From Candidatus Latescibacterota bacterium (GTDB lineage Bacteria > Latescibacterota > UBA2968 > UBA8231): a stretch of 64,000 bases of DNA. The stretch spans positions 1,760,001-1,824,000 of the forward strand of contig OZ252098.1 of the NCBI GenBank assembly GCA_965248355.1, read 5' to 3'. The translations under genes were made by a program, and so were the position numbers. Below the pieces are notes generated by a model that was given only the letters and a program-made list of their open reading frames with translations, ran no database searches and was not told the origin of the DNA. Numbering within the stretch: the stretch's first letter is position 1; the number at the start of each line of letters is the position of its first letter. This document shows positions 28,877 to 39,390 of this stretch, one piece after another.

Positions 28877-30019
28877 CTAGGCGAAGGCTCTCAACATCCG
28901 GTCGAGAAGGCTCGTGCCCTCGCTGTTGGCTCTCGCTCTCTGGATCTCTTCCAGCTCTTGGAAGAGGCGCCGCTCCTCGGCGCTCAGGTGGGTCGGCGTC
29001 CACACGAGGACCTCGACGAGCTGGTCTCCGTGGCCGCGCCCGTCGACGTCGGGAATCCCCTTGTGGCGCAGGCGGAAGACATGCCCGGACTGGGTGCCCT
29101 CGGGGATCTTCATCCTGACCTCGCCGTGCAGCGTCGGCACGGCCACCGAATCACCGAGAGCCGCCTGACCGATCGTGATCGGCAGCCGGAAGAGGACGTC
29201 GTTCCCCTCGCGGGAGAAGTACTCGTGGTCCTGCTCCTCGATGAATACGAGACAATCGCCCGGGGGCCCGCCGCGCGGCCCCACGTCTCCCTGGCCCCGC
29301 AGGGGGATGTAGTTGCCGGTGGTGACGCCGGCGGGAATGCGCACGGTGATCGTCGAGGTGTCGCGCACCCGGCCCTCGCCGCGGCAGTCCCGGCAGGGTT
29401 CGGAGACCGTCCGGCCCTCGCCGTCGCAGGTGGGACAGGCGGTGACGGTGACGGACTGTCCGAAGAAGGAGCGGGAGACCTGCTGCACCTGGCCCACGCC
29501 GTTGCAGGTGCCGCAGGTCCGCGAGCCGGAACCGGGGGCGGCGCCGCTGCCGTCGCAGTGGCCGCAGCGCTGTTGGCGGGTCAGTTTGAGCTTCTTCTCG
29601 GCGCCGCTGGCCACCTCTTCGAGGGTGAGCTCGAGGGATATGCGCAGGTCCCGGCCCTTCGGGGGACCGGAGGGGCCGCGCGGGCGGCGCCGGCCACCGC
29701 TGAAGATGCCGCCGAAGAAATCGCCGAGGATGTCTTCGACGTCGGTGGCGTGGGTGAAGTCCGACCACTGAAACCCGCCGCTGCCGAAGTTGCCCTGGAT
29801 GCCGGCATGCCCGAAGCGGTCGTATTTCTCCCGCTTGTCCGTGTCGCTGAGAACCTCGTAGGCCTCGGAGGCCTCCTTGAAATTCGCCTCGGCCTCCCCG
29901 TCTCCGGGATTGCGGTCGGGGTGGTACTTCAGCGCCAGCCTGCGATAGGCGCTCTTGATCTGGTCCTCCCCCGCACTCCGGTCGACCCCGAGGACCTCGT
30001 AGTAGTCACGCTCAGCCAT
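28877..30019 (-). CDS. dnaJ: Chaperone DnaJ
   Basis: [13 protein letters not shown] region, four CxxCxGxG repeats. Confidence 0.97.
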   Translation of the reverse strand: MAERDYYEVLGVDRSAGEDQIKSAYRRLALKYHPDRNPGDGEAEANFKEASEAYEVLSDTDKREKYDRFGHAGIQGNFGSGGFQWSDFTHATDVEDILGDFFGGIFSGGRRRPRGPSGPPKGRDLRISLELTLEEVASGAEKKLKLTRQQRCGHCDGSGAAPGSGSRTCGTCNGVGQVQQVSRSFFGQSVTVTACPTCDGEGRTVSEPCRDCRGEGRVRDTSTITVRIPAGVTTGNYIPLRGQGDVGPRGGPPGDCLVFIEEQDHEYFSREGNDVLFRLPITIGQAALGDSVAVPTLHGEVRMKIPEGTQSGHVFRLRHKGIPDVDGRGHGDQLVEVLVWTPTHLSAEERRLFQELEEIQRARANSEGTSLLDRMLRAFA

Positions 30020-30659
30020 CCTCCTCGACTCCCGCGTCCCTCTCGCCGTCACCATTGGAGCCGCCGGGTGCCGTGCTGACCACGACCCGGGACGGCCGGA
30101 TCACGCGGCCCTTGAGCTTGTAGCCCTTCTCCATCTCCTGCATCACCGTCCCGGGTGAATGCTCCTCCGACGGCACCTGCATCATCGCCTCGTGCCGATT
30201 CGGATCGAAGGCCTGGCCCTCCGCCTCGATCTCCTCGAGACCGTATCCAGCGAGGATGTCGTTGAACTGGCGGAAGATGATTTCGATGCCCTGGCGCAGG
30301 GCCGCCGAATCCTGAGCCTCCTGCCCCAGGGCGCGGCGGAAGTTGTCGAGGAGGGGAGCCACCTGGAGAAGCACGTCGCGCAAGGTGTCGTCCCGGGTCT
30401 CGGAGCGCATCCTTACCGTGCGCTTGCGGAAGTTGTCGAGCTCGGCGGCCATGCGAAGATAGCGGTCCTGGCTCTCCTCGGCGGCGGCCAGGGCGCGCTC
30501 GAGCTCCGTCGGTCCGGCCGCGGTCTCCCCCTCCGGAGCGGCAGGCCCGGACTCCGCCGGTTCCTCCTCGCCACGGGCCTCGACCGATGCGGGCCCGGAC
30601 TCTTCTGCAGGGGACGCTTCCGGCTCTCCGCCGGGCTGGTCCTTCACTTCTCTACTCAT
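30012..30659 (-). CDS. grpE: Nucleotide exchange factor GrpE
   Basis: [32 protein letters not shown]. Confidence 0.95.
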   Translation of the reverse strand: MSREVKDQPGGEPEASPAEESGPASVEARGEEEPAESGPAAPEGETAAGPTELERALAAAEESQDRYLRMAAELDNFRKRTVRMRSETRDDTLRDVLLQVAPLLDNFRRALGQEAQDSAALRQGIEIIFRQFNDILAGYGLEEIEAEGQAFDPNRHEAMMQVPSEEHSPGTVMQEMEKGYKLKGRVIRPSRVVVSTAPGGSNGDGERDAGVEEDG

Positions 30660-30744
30660 GGCTGATCGCACTCGATGGTTGCGGGGGCGACGAGCGGGAA
30701 CGCCCACCGCCGGATGAAGCGGTATCCCTCGTGGAGCGAGGGGT

Positions 30745-31761
30745 TCAGGAGACCAGCTCCGGCGCTCGGGCCGCGGTGTAGTCCACCAGCGCCATGACGC
30801 GGTCGTAGGGCATGCGCGCCGGTCCCATCACGCCGATGACACCGACGGCGCCGTGGACCGTGTAGCTCGCCGTCACGAGGCCGCACAGGCGGAGTCCCTG
30901 GGGGTCGTGTTCCTCGCCGATGGTGACGACCACCCCTTCCCGGTCGGAGAGCAGGCCGGCCAGTTCGTTGCGGTGCTCCACCAGGTCCAACAGCCCGGCC
31001 ACGTTCAGGGAGTCCCGGAACTCGGGCTGGGCGCATATGTGCCGCGCCCCGGCCACGTGCAGGGAGGGTCCCACGGGCGGCGTCATGCACTCGATCTGAT
31101 CGATGACGAGGCGCAGCAGGTCCTGCTGCCCCCTCGCCATGGGGCCGATGCGCTCGCGGACGGTCTCGCGCACCTGGGCGAGGGTCAGGCCCGCGAGGCG
31201 CTCGTTCAGGCGCGTCGAGACGCCCGCCACCTCGCCGGGATCCACGCTCGATCCGACCTCGATCGCCAAGCTCTGAACGGGGCCCGTCTCCAGGGCCGCC
31301 ACCAGCAGCAGTCTGCCTTCGGCCATGCGTATGAGTTCGAGCCGTTGCAGACGCAACCCCTCGAAGGTGGGGGCCAGGACCAGCCCCAGCTGCATGGACA
31401 GGTCGCCGATGATCTCGGCGACCTGTCCATGGATCTCGTCGGCCGAGAGCTGCTGCAGCTTGGCCTCGAGCTGACGTCGCAGGACGCCGATATGAGTGAG
31501 GTCCTGCCCCTCGAGGGCATGGGACGCGTAGAATCGGTAGGCCTTGTTCGTCGGGAGCCGGCCCGCCGACGTGTGCGGTTGCCGGAGAAAGCCCTTCTCC
31601 TCGAGGCTGACCAGGGTCTTGCGGATGGTGGCGGGGCTGACCTCCAGCCTCTCGCGCTCCAGCAGGCCGGCCGAGCCCACGGGGCTGCCGAACTCGACGT
31701 GGACGCGCACCAAGGCCGCGAGGACGGTCTGCTCGCGGGAGGTCAGAAGCTCCCCTACCAC
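30745..31761 (-). CDS. hrcA: Heat-inducible transcription repressor
   Basis: PVGS, VSPATIR, QPHTSAGRLPT, GVMGPARMPY; start approximate. Confidence 0.93.
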   Translation of the reverse strand: MVGELLTSREQTVLAALVRVHVEFGSPVGSAGLLERERLEVSPATIRKTLVSLEEKGFLRQPHTSAGRLPTNKAYRFYASHALEGQDLTHIGVLRRQLEAKLQQLSADEIHGQVAEIIGDLSMQLGLVLAPTFEGLRLQRLELIRMAEGRLLLVAALETGPVQSLAIEVGSSVDPGEVAGVSTRLNERLAGLTLAQVRETVRERIGPMARGQQDLLRLVIDQIECMTPPVGPSLHVAGARHICAQPEFRDSLNVAGLLDLVEHRNELAGLLSDREGVVVTIGEEHDPQGLRLCGLVTASYTVHGAVGVIGVMGPARMPYDRVMALVDYTAARAPELVS

Positions 31762-32134
31762 CAGGCCCCCGTCGCCGTGCCGGAGCCGGAGGCCGGCCGA
31801 ACCGATGCCCAGGTCACAGGGCCCCGGGTGGGGACGCCCTGCGGATGGGCGCGTGGCAGCGACACCGGCCTGACCAGGGAGAAGTTGGGAGGAAGGAAGG
31901 GCATTTTGGATCAGAATCGTGAAGGTAGGGGTGGAGGGAGCCCTGTCAACCCGGTGGAACTCGTCCGGCGGGGACCCGGCAACGGTCCGGACAAGGGCGC
32001 CGCGCGAGGACCTTCCAGGGGCCCTGGATGGCCATGCGGACCCGGGCGCCGCCGGTTGCCCGGCGCTCGCCCTGGTGCGAAGTTTCCCTGCGCGCCGGAC
32101 TGGATTCCCCCCCTTATATATCGAAGGAGCGACC

Positions 32135-33082
32135 ATGTCCCTGCCAAGAGCCTTCCCGGGGGTCCTCGCCGCGATCCTGATCGCCCCCGACCTCGCCCCC
32201 CGGGGGACCGTGGCCGCCGAGGAGCCACCCTCGGCCTTCAGCGAAGCCCCGCTCCCCCACTACATGCTCCGCCAGGCCCGCGGAGAGATCGGCGTCGACG
32301 GCCGCCTGGATGAGTTCGACTGGGCCGTGGCGCCCCAGATCGACGCCTTCACCCGGATCCTCAACGACTACGGGCGCATCGCGAGCCCGACTCGGGCGCG
32401 CATGCTCTGGGACGACGAAGCCTTGTACGTCTCCTTCGCCTGCCGAGACGGGAACATGTGGGCCCTGTTCACCGAGGAAGACGACCCCATGTGGTCGGAG
32501 GAGGTCGTCGAGGTCTTCATCGACCCCGATGGAGACGGCCTCGACTACCTCGAGCTCGAGGTCAACCCGCTCAACGCCGCCGTCGACCTCCACATCGGCC
32601 GGATCCTCCCCGATTGGGTCTCCGACAAGGACTGGGACATCCTCGGGCTGCAGACGGCCGTGCAGGCGAAGGGCACGGTGAACGACAGCACCGACGCCGA
32701 TCAGGGGTGGACGGTGGAGATTTCCATCCCGTGGGCCGCCTTCGAGCCGACCATCATCGGGGGAGGCAGGCCCCGGGTCGGAGACCGCTGGCGGCTGAAC
32801 CTCTACCGGATCGAGCGAGGCGCCGGCGCCGGGGTCCGGGCCCGGCTGCGAGATCTGGGCGAGGCCGGGCGGCGGCTGGCCGAAGGACTGGAGACCCTGG
32901 GCGAGGATGCCGATCCCGCCGAGCGCGCCCGGCTCGAGGAGGCGCAGCAGATGCTGGAGGCGCAGGCCGGACCGCTCGCCGACCGCTACCGCCGGGAGAC
33001 GGAATTCACCGCCTGGAGCCCGACCTTCCAGAGCGGCTTCCACCATCCCGCCCGCTTCGGCGTGGTGGAATTCGCACCGTGA
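32135..33082 (+). CDS. Secreted carbohydrate-binding family 9-like (DOMON-like) protein
   Basis: VDGRLDE..W, MLWDDEALY, EVVEVFIDP, ELEVNP, WTVEISIPW, AWSP..FHHPARFG. Confidence 0.8.
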   Translation: MSLPRAFPGVLAAILIAPDLAPRGTVAAEEPPSAFSEAPLPHYMLRQARGEIGVDGRLDEFDWAVAPQIDAFTRILNDYGRIASPTRARMLWDDEALYVSFACRDGNMWALFTEEDDPMWSEEVVEVFIDPDGDGLDYLELEVNPLNAAVDLHIGRILPDWVSDKDWDILGLQTAVQAKGTVNDSTDADQGWTVEISIPWAAFEPTIIGGGRPRVGDRWRLNLYRIERGAGAGVRARLRDLGEAGRRLAEGLETLGEDADPAERARLEEAQQMLEAQAGPLADRYRRETEFTAWSPTFQSGFHHPARFGVVEFAP

Positions 33083-33729
33083 GCCGGACCGCCGCGGGGG
33101 GCCGGGCGGCGGCGGCTTCCGCCCTCCGCGGGGCCCGGGCCGCCCCCTGCCTGATGCTCCTGGCTGCGCTTCCGGCGGCCCTCGGTCAAGCCGACGAGGA
33201 TGTCGGCACCGGCTCGGCCGGGATGGTCCGGGTCGGCGACTTCTGGATCGACCGCTACGAGTACCCCAACGTGGAGGGCGAGCAGCCCCGGGTTGAGGTC
33301 ACTTGGCGCGAGGCGTTGGATCTGTGCGCCGCCCGGGGGCTGCGCCTGTGCACGGAGCGCGAGTGGGAACGGGCCTGCCGCGGTCCCGGGCACTTCGTCT
33401 ACGGCTACGGGCCGACCTTCGAGCCGGAGCGCTGCAACACCCCCTTCCTCGGAGCCGACGGCACCTGGGTGCGCGACCGCGGCACCGCTCCGAGCGGGGC
33501 CTATGACAACTGCGGCAACGGCTTCGGGGTGCGCGACATGATCGGCAACGTCTGGGAGTGGACGGACGGATGGTACGACCCGGAGCGCGGATGGCGGGTG
33601 GTCCGTGGGGGGTCCTGGTTCCACAACGTGAACTTCGCCCGGGCCGACGCGCGCTACGGCCTTCACCTGGACGAGAGCTACAGCCTCGATCTCATCGGGT
33701 TCCGCTGCTGTCGATCGGCGGAACCGTGA
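33079..33729 (+). CDS. Formylglycine-generating-enzyme (SUMF1/EgtB-like) domain protein
   Basis: FWIDRYE, RLCTEREWERAC, DMIGNVWEW, RGGSW, IGFRCC. Confidence 0.85.
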   Translation: MSRTAAGGRAAAASALRGARAAPCLMLLAALPAALGQADEDVGTGSAGMVRVGDFWIDRYEYPNVEGEQPRVEVTWREALDLCAARGLRLCTEREWERACRGPGHFVYGYGPTFEPERCNTPFLGADGTWVRDRGTAPSGAYDNCGNGFGVRDMIGNVWEWTDGWYDPERGWRVVRGGSWFHNVNFARADARYGLHLDESYSLDLIGFRCCRSAEP

Positions 33730-33775
33730 ACCGTCATCCGCGCCGCCGATGGCCCTGCCTGATCCGGGAGCCGGC

Positions 33776-34243
33776 ATGATCCGTCCTTTCCGGCCCGACG
33801 ACCTGGAGCGCCTGAAGGAGATCACGGCGGTCTGCTTCGAAGGCGTATCGATCGACCGCAACATCGAGGAGAGGTTCGGCCTCATCGACGGTCGAGACTG
33901 GCGGTTCCGCAAGCTTCGCCACATCGACGCCGACGTGGCCGGCGCCAACGGGCGCGGCGTGTTCGTCTTCGAGGAGGCCGGCGAGGTCGTGGGGTACATC
34001 AGCACCCGGCTCGATGCGGCCACCCGCATCGGCCACATCCCGAACATGGCGGTCCAGCCTGCGCGCCAGGGGCAGGGCATCGGCCGCCGGCTGATGGATC
34101 ACGCCCTGGCCTTCCTGCGCGCCGAGGGGATGGAGGCCGTGAGGATCGAGACCCTGGAGCAGAACCCCATCGGCAGCCGCTTCTACCCGGAGATGGGATT
34201 CCACGAGGTGGCCCGTCAGATCCACTACCTGATGCGTCTGTGA
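33776..34243 (+). CDS. GNAT-family acetyltransferase
   Basis: AVQPARQGQGIGRRLM; N..G..FY...GF. Confidence 0.88.
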   Translation: MIRPFRPDDLERLKEITAVCFEGVSIDRNIEERFGLIDGRDWRFRKLRHIDADVAGANGRGVFVFEEAGEVVGYISTRLDAATRIGHIPNMAVQPARQGQGIGRRLMDHALAFLRAEGMEAVRIETLEQNPIGSRFYPEMGFHEVARQIHYLMRL

Positions 34244-34254
34244 GGAAGGGACGG

Positions 34255-34941
34255 ATGTCCGAAGGCGACAAGGAGCTGGCCGCCCGGCGGGCGGTGGAGT
34301 ACGCGGCGGACGGCATGGTGGTCGGGCTCGGGACGGGCTCTACGGCCGACTTCGCCATTCGCGCTCTCGGAGAACGGGCCCGGGCGGAAGGGCTCCGGAT
34401 CGAGTGCGTGCCCACCTCGCAGGCCTCGGCCCGCCTCGGGACGCAGGTCGGTCTCGAGATCCGCAGCCTCGAGGACCACCCCGCCGTCGATCTGACCATC
34501 GACGGGGCCGACGAGGTCGACCCCCGTCTCGATCTGATCAAGGGACTCGGCGGGGCCCTGCTGCGGGAGAAGGTCGTCGCCAGCGCCAGCGCGCGGGAGG
34601 TGATCATCGTCGATGCCTCCAAGCGGGTCGAGCGCCTCGGCACTCGCTCGCCCCTGCCGGTGGAGGTGGTCCCCTTCGCCTGGACCTTGTGCCGCAGACG
34701 CCTCATGGACCTCGGGCCGCGGGCCGAGCTGCGCCGGGACGGAGGTCAGCCCTTCGTGACCGACAATGGCAACTACATCCTCCACTGCCATTTCCCGGAG
34801 GGCCTCCCCGACCCCGCCGACATGGAGCGCCGGATCGGCGAGATCCCGGGGGTCGTCGAGAACGGGTTGTTCATCGGCCTGGCCGACGCGGTCGTCGTCG
34901 GGGACAGCGGCCGGTGCCAGGTCCTGGAGCGGCAGGGCTAG
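34255..34941 (+). CDS. rpiA: Ribose-5-phosphate isomerase A
   Basis: GLGTGST, DGADEVD, IKGLGGALLREK, TDNGN, GVVENGLF. Confidence 0.95.
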   Translation: MSEGDKELAARRAVEYAADGMVVGLGTGSTADFAIRALGERARAEGLRIECVPTSQASARLGTQVGLEIRSLEDHPAVDLTIDGADEVDPRLDLIKGLGGALLREKVVASASAREVIIVDASKRVERLGTRSPLPVEVVPFAWTLCRRRLMDLGPRAELRRDGGQPFVTDNGNYILHCHFPEGLPDPADMERRIGEIPGVVENGLFIGLADAVVVGDSGRCQVLERQG

Positions 34942-35357
34942 AGCCGGCGGACCCCGATCCCCCGCTCGTAGACCAGCGCTCCGCCCTGGAGGCCGGCGAT
35001 CCACAGCAGCCCCAGGGCCACGGCTCCCACCACCAGCCAAGCCGGCGCCAGGCCGGCCTCCCCGCCGCGCAGGAAACCCGGCAACCGGCCCAGGGCCGAG
35101 GCCAGATAGATCAGGAAGGCGAGGGTTGCGTAGTCCTCGTGCTGCTGAATCGCCGCGGCGTGCACGGACCCGCGGAGCTCCGAGGCGGCGAGATTTCCCG
35201 TGATCAGCGCGGTCATCGTTCCCGCGGTGCCGGCGAGCAGCAGCGTGTAGCCGAGCCGATGCCACGGCCTGCGGGCCACCAAGCCCGCCAGGTCCAGGCA
35301 GAAGCCGAAGGCGAGCAGGGCGATCGGGAAATGGACGACCACCGGATGCAGGGGCAT
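34938..35357 (-). CDS. DUF2231-like membrane protein
   Basis: LHPVVVHFPIALL, conserved H, GGALVYERGIGV; about 4 TM segments. Confidence 0.75.
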   Translation of the reverse strand: MPLHPVVVHFPIALLAFGFCLDLAGLVARRPWHRLGYTLLLAGTAGTMTALITGNLAASELRGSVHAAAIQQHEDYATLAFLIYLASALGRLPGFLRGGEAGLAPAWLVVGAVALGLLWIAGLQGGALVYERGIGVRRL

Positions 35358-35471
35358 GGTGGGGATGGTAGAGGGCCCCCGACGGGCCTGCAAGCCACGC
35401 CGGCCGGAGTTGACCCGCTCATCGGGCCGCGGCTATCATGCCTCTCCCCCGACTCAGGATTGACGCGACCC

Positions 35472-36788
35472 ATGGCCTCCGATCTGTCCGAGCACATCCA
35501 GTCGACCCCCCTGTGCGACACGCACGAGCACCTGCGCAAGGAACGGGACTGGGTGGAGGAGGGTCCGGCGGACGTCCTGTGCGATCTCTTCACCAACTAC
35601 GTCCCCGCCGATCTGATCAGCGCCGGCGCTCCCGACAGCGCCGTGCAGGGCCTGACCCGACCCTCCTCCGGTGATCTCGAGTCGCGCCTGAAGGCAGTGG
35701 AGCCCGCCTGGCGCGCGATCCGGCACACCGGGTACGGCGAGGCCGTTCGCATCCTCGCCGAGGAGATCTACGGGATGCCCCCCGACTGGGGGCCGGGAGA
35801 CCTGGAGGCGGCGCAGGAGAAACTGGCCGAATGGCGGCGACCCGGGGGCCGGCGGCGTCTCCTCGAAGAGCGCGGCGGCATCGATCACACCCAGACCGAT
35901 GACGGCTGCTGGCCCTGCCTGCCGGACGCCTCGGGACCCGCGTACTTCTTCTACGACATCACCTGGGCCGCGTTCTGCAACGGCGACGTCCGCCCGGCAG
36001 ATCTCGCCGAGGAGACCGGCGTCACCGTCCGCGACCTGTCGACGCTGCGGCAGGCCATGGCCGAGGTGTTCTCCAGGTACGCCGCCTGCGCCATCGCCGT
36101 GAAGGCCCAGCACGCCTACAGCCGGACATTGGACTGGCATGAGCGCACCGACGCGGAGGCCTCGGCCGCCCTCGAAGCGACTCTGAGGCACGGCCACGGC
36201 AAGGTGCCCGTGGAGACCCGGCTGGCCCTCGGAGACTGGTGCTGGGCTCGGGGGGTGGAGCTGGCCATCGACCACGATCTTCCCTTCAAGTTGCACACGG
36301 GATACTACGCCGGCACCGACCGCATGCCCGTGAGCCGCATTCGCAGCGGCAACTTGTGCGGCCTGTTGGCCAGGTACCTCGACTGCCGCTTCGTGCTGAT
36401 GCACATCGCCTACCCCTACTGCGCGGAACTGGTCGCCCTGGCCAAGCACTACCGCAACGTCTACGCCGATCTCTGCTGGGCGTGGTCGATCGACCCCTTA
36501 TCCAGCGTCGACTTCGTGCGCCGTTTCCTCCACGCGGCGCCGGCGAACAAGCTCTTCGCCTTCGGCGGCGACACCCACTGGCCCACGAGCGCTTCCGCCT
36601 ACGCCATCCAGGCCCGGCGCTGGCTCACGCGGGCTCTCGAGGCGGAGGTCGAGTGCGGGCTCATGAGCGAGGCCGAGGCCATGGCCGTGGCTTCGAGGTT
36701 GATGCGCGGCAACCAGTACGACTGCTTCCGCGTGCAGGCCAAGCGCGAGACCGTGGCCGCCGCAGCCGGCCCGTCGGCGGCCCCGTGA
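35472..36788 (+). CDS. Amidohydrolase-superfamily protein
   Basis: CDTHEH, KLHTGY, FVLMH, DLCW, FGGD metal-binding pattern; TTGACC-18-TATCAT upstream (35410-35439). Confidence 0.8.
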   Translation: MASDLSEHIQSTPLCDTHEHLRKERDWVEEGPADVLCDLFTNYVPADLISAGAPDSAVQGLTRPSSGDLESRLKAVEPAWRAIRHTGYGEAVRILAEEIYGMPPDWGPGDLEAAQEKLAEWRRPGGRRRLLEERGGIDHTQTDDGCWPCLPDASGPAYFFYDITWAAFCNGDVRPADLAEETGVTVRDLSTLRQAMAEVFSRYAACAIAVKAQHAYSRTLDWHERTDAEASAALEATLRHGHGKVPVETRLALGDWCWARGVELAIDHDLPFKLHTGYYAGTDRMPVSRIRSGNLCGLLARYLDCRFVLMHIAYPYCAELVALAKHYRNVYADLCWAWSIDPLSSVDFVRRFLHAAPANKLFAFGGDTHWPTSASAYAIQARRWLTRALEAEVECGLMSEAEAMAVASRLMRGNQYDCFRVQAKRETVAAAAGPSAAP

Positions 36789-38446
36789 ACCGACCGAGCC
36801 GCACCATCGTCGAAGGGCCCGCCCGCGCCGGGGCCCGGGCCATGTACAAGGCCGTCGGCTACGACGACGAGGCCCTCGCCAGGCCCCTGATCGGCATCGC
36901 CAACACGTGGACCGAGATCGGCCCCTGCAACTACCACCTGCGCGGGCTGGCGGAGCACGTGAAGCAGGGCGTGCGCGAGGCGGGAGGCACGGCGCTGGAG
37001 TTCAACACCGTCGTCGTCTCCGACGGCATCACCATGGGTACCGAGGGCATGAAGACCTCCCTCGTGAGCCGCGAGGTGATCGCCGATTCGATCGAGCTGG
37101 TCGGGCGCGGCCACATGCTGGACGGCCTCGTGGCGATGACCGGGTGCGACAAGACCACCCCCGGGGCGATCCTCGCCCTCGGCCGGCTCGACGTGCCGGC
37201 CCTCGTGTTCTACGGCGGCTCCATCATGCCCGGGAAGCACCGGGGTGCCGACCTGACGATCCAGGATGTCTACGAGGCCATCGGCGCCCACGCCGGGGGC
37301 CGCATCAGCGCCGGGGAGCTGAAGGCGATCGAGGACGCCGCCTGTCCCGGCCCCGGCTCCTGCGGCGGGCAGTTCACGGCCAACACCATGGCCACGGCTG
37401 CGGAGATCCTCGGCTTGGCGCCCATGGGTTCCGGGTCGATCCCGGCGGCGGACCCCGCCAAGGAGGGGGCGGCGGCAGAGATGGGCCGAATGGCCGTCGA
37501 CCTGGTACGGCGGGGCCTGCGCCCCCGCCAGATCGTGACCCGCCGGTCCATCGAGAACGCCATCGCCTCGATCGCCACGACCGGCGGCTCCACCAACGGG
37601 GTCCTGCACTTCCTGGCCATCGCCCACGAGTACGGCATCGAGCTGGAGCTGGAGGACTTCCAGCGCCTCTCCGAGCGCACGCCGCTGATGGTCAGCCTGA
37701 AGCCGGGAGGGCTGTTCGTCGCCTCCGACCTGCACGAGGCCGGGGGCGTCGCCTTGGTGGCGAACCGGCTCAAGGCGCTCGGCTGCCTGCACGAGGACTG
37801 CCTCACGGTCACGGGGCGCACCGTAGGCGAGGAGGCGGACCGAGCCAGGGAGACGCCCGGCCAGGAGGTGGTTCGTCCCCCCCACCGGCCGATCAAGTCG
37901 AGCGGCGGACTGGTCGTGCTTCGAGGGAGCCTGGCGCCGGAGGGATGCGTGGTGAAGCTGGCCGGCCACGAGCGTTCCAGGCACGTCGGACCGGCGCGCG
38001 TCTTCGACCGCGAGGAGGACGTGCTGCCCGAGATCGAAAGGGGCGGCATCCAGGACGGCGATGTGGTCGTGATCCGCTACGAGGGGCCCGTGGGCGGGCC
38101 GGGCATGAGGGAGATGCTGCAGATCACCGGCGCCATTGTCGGCGCCGGCCTCGGGGAGACCGTGGCCCTGCTCACCGACGGCCGGTTCTCCGGCGCCACC
38201 CGCGGCCTGATGATCGGCCACGTCACCCCGGAGGCGGCCTCCGGGGGGCCGATCGCCCTGGTCCGCGAAGGCGACGAGATCACCATCGACACGGAGGGGC
38301 GCCGCGTCGACCTGGCCGTCGACGCGGAGGAGCTGGAGCGCCGCCGCGCCCGCTGGTCGGCCCCGGAACCGCGTTACCGGCGCGGGGTGATGGCCAAGTA
38401 CGCGAGGCTCGTCTCGAGCGCCTCCACGGGGGCCGTCACCATCTGA
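36785..38446 (+). CDS. ilvD: Dihydroxy-acid dehydratase
   Basis: [45 protein letters not shown]. Confidence 0.95.
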   Translation: MNRPSRTIVEGPARAGARAMYKAVGYDDEALARPLIGIANTWTEIGPCNYHLRGLAEHVKQGVREAGGTALEFNTVVVSDGITMGTEGMKTSLVSREVIADSIELVGRGHMLDGLVAMTGCDKTTPGAILALGRLDVPALVFYGGSIMPGKHRGADLTIQDVYEAIGAHAGGRISAGELKAIEDAACPGPGSCGGQFTANTMATAAEILGLAPMGSGSIPAADPAKEGAAAEMGRMAVDLVRRGLRPRQIVTRRSIENAIASIATTGGSTNGVLHFLAIAHEYGIELELEDFQRLSERTPLMVSLKPGGLFVASDLHEAGGVALVANRLKALGCLHEDCLTVTGRTVGEEADRARETPGQEVVRPPHRPIKSSGGLVVLRGSLAPEGCVVKLAGHERSRHVGPARVFDREEDVLPEIERGGIQDGDVVVIRYEGPVGGPGMREMLQITGAIVGAGLGETVALLTDGRFSGATRGLMIGHVTPEAASGGPIALVREGDEITIDTEGRRVDLAVDAEELERRRARWSAPEPRYRRGVMAKYARLVSSASTGAVTI

Positions 38447-38458
38447 TCGAGAGCTGCC

Positions 38459-39376
38459 TCACAGCTTGAGCGCGTGCTCCCGCACGTAGGTCTCGACGTG
38501 CCGCTGGGTGTCGCGCCAGGGGAAGGTGCCGCCCGGCGGGAAGTAGTAGTGGTACTCGGCGTACTCGAGGCCGTAGGGCTCGGCCATCCGCTTGTTCTCC
38601 TCGAGTCCGAAGAGACGGATGTACTCGCGGTCCGCGGTCTCGTCGTCGTCGCCCAGCTCCGCCAGCTTCCTTCCCTCCGCCTCCAGCCGCGCCTTCAGCC
38701 CGCGCCCGTGGGAGCCGGCCGGCCCCTGTGACTTGTTCGCCGCCATGGACTCGATCTTCCGCTCGAGGAACGGACCGATGTCGGTGACCAGGTTGTAGGG
38801 CGACCCGGGGCGCATGGCCCAGTAGTACTTGTCCTGCACGCCGCAGGGCTTCATCCCCGCCTGCACCTGCTCGGGGTAGTCCTTCCCCGATGCGGCCATC
38901 CAGCAGGCCGACTCCACCAGCTGCCCGGTGATGTAGTGGTCCGGGTTCTCCTCCCAGCGGGCCCAGGGGTGGAAGCTCATGGCCGTGTCCACCTGCAGGT
39001 GGCGGAAGAGGAAGATCAGCCGGCAGCGCTGCTCGAGCATCGAGTTCTCCTCCTGGCGGTGATTGCGGTAGCCGAGGTTGAACACGTCCTCGATGTCGAG
39101 GCTGTCCGCCAGGACGCTCACGTCCACCTCGTTGCTCTTGATGGCGTCGGCGATCGTGCCGGGACCGCACTTCTCGTCGTTGGTCGTCTGGATGAGGAAG
39201 GCCTTGTAGCCCTCGGCGATCAGCTTGGCCACCAGCCCGCCCGAGTACAGGGGCATGTCGTCGGCGTGGGCCTGGACGATGCCGAGGACCTTGCCTTCGT
39301 GGGGCCGTGACCCGTCGAAGGTGTCCACCCTGACCGGCCCATGGGTCGTGTCTTCCGCGTACCAGCCGTCGTGCAT
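38459..39376 (-). CDS. PIG-L/LmbE-family deacetylase-like protein
   Basis: AHADD motif and NPDH; C-terminal part of ORF 38459..41215 from MHDGW. Confidence 0.78.
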   Translation of the reverse strand: MHDGWYAEDTTHGPVRVDTFDGSRPHEGKVLGIVQAHADDMPLYSGGLVAKLIAEGYKAFLIQTTNDEKCGPGTIADAIKSNEVDVSVLADSLDIEDVFNLGYRNHRQEENSMLEQRCRLIFLFRHLQVDTAMSFHPWARWEENPDHYITGQLVESACWMAASGKDYPEQVQAGMKPCGVQDKYYWAMRPGSPYNLVTDIGPFLERKIESMAANKSQGPAGSHGRGLKARLEAEGRKLAELGDDDETADREYIRLFGLEENKRMAEPYGLEYAEYHYYFPPGGTFPWRDTQRHVETYVREHALKL

Positions 39377-39390
39377 GGGAATTCTCCACC

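Noticed and set aside
31850..31880. CIRCE upstream of hrcA (TGGCAG...CTGACCA)
   Set aside because: Arms and spacing do not match TTAGCACTC-N9-GAGTGCTAA
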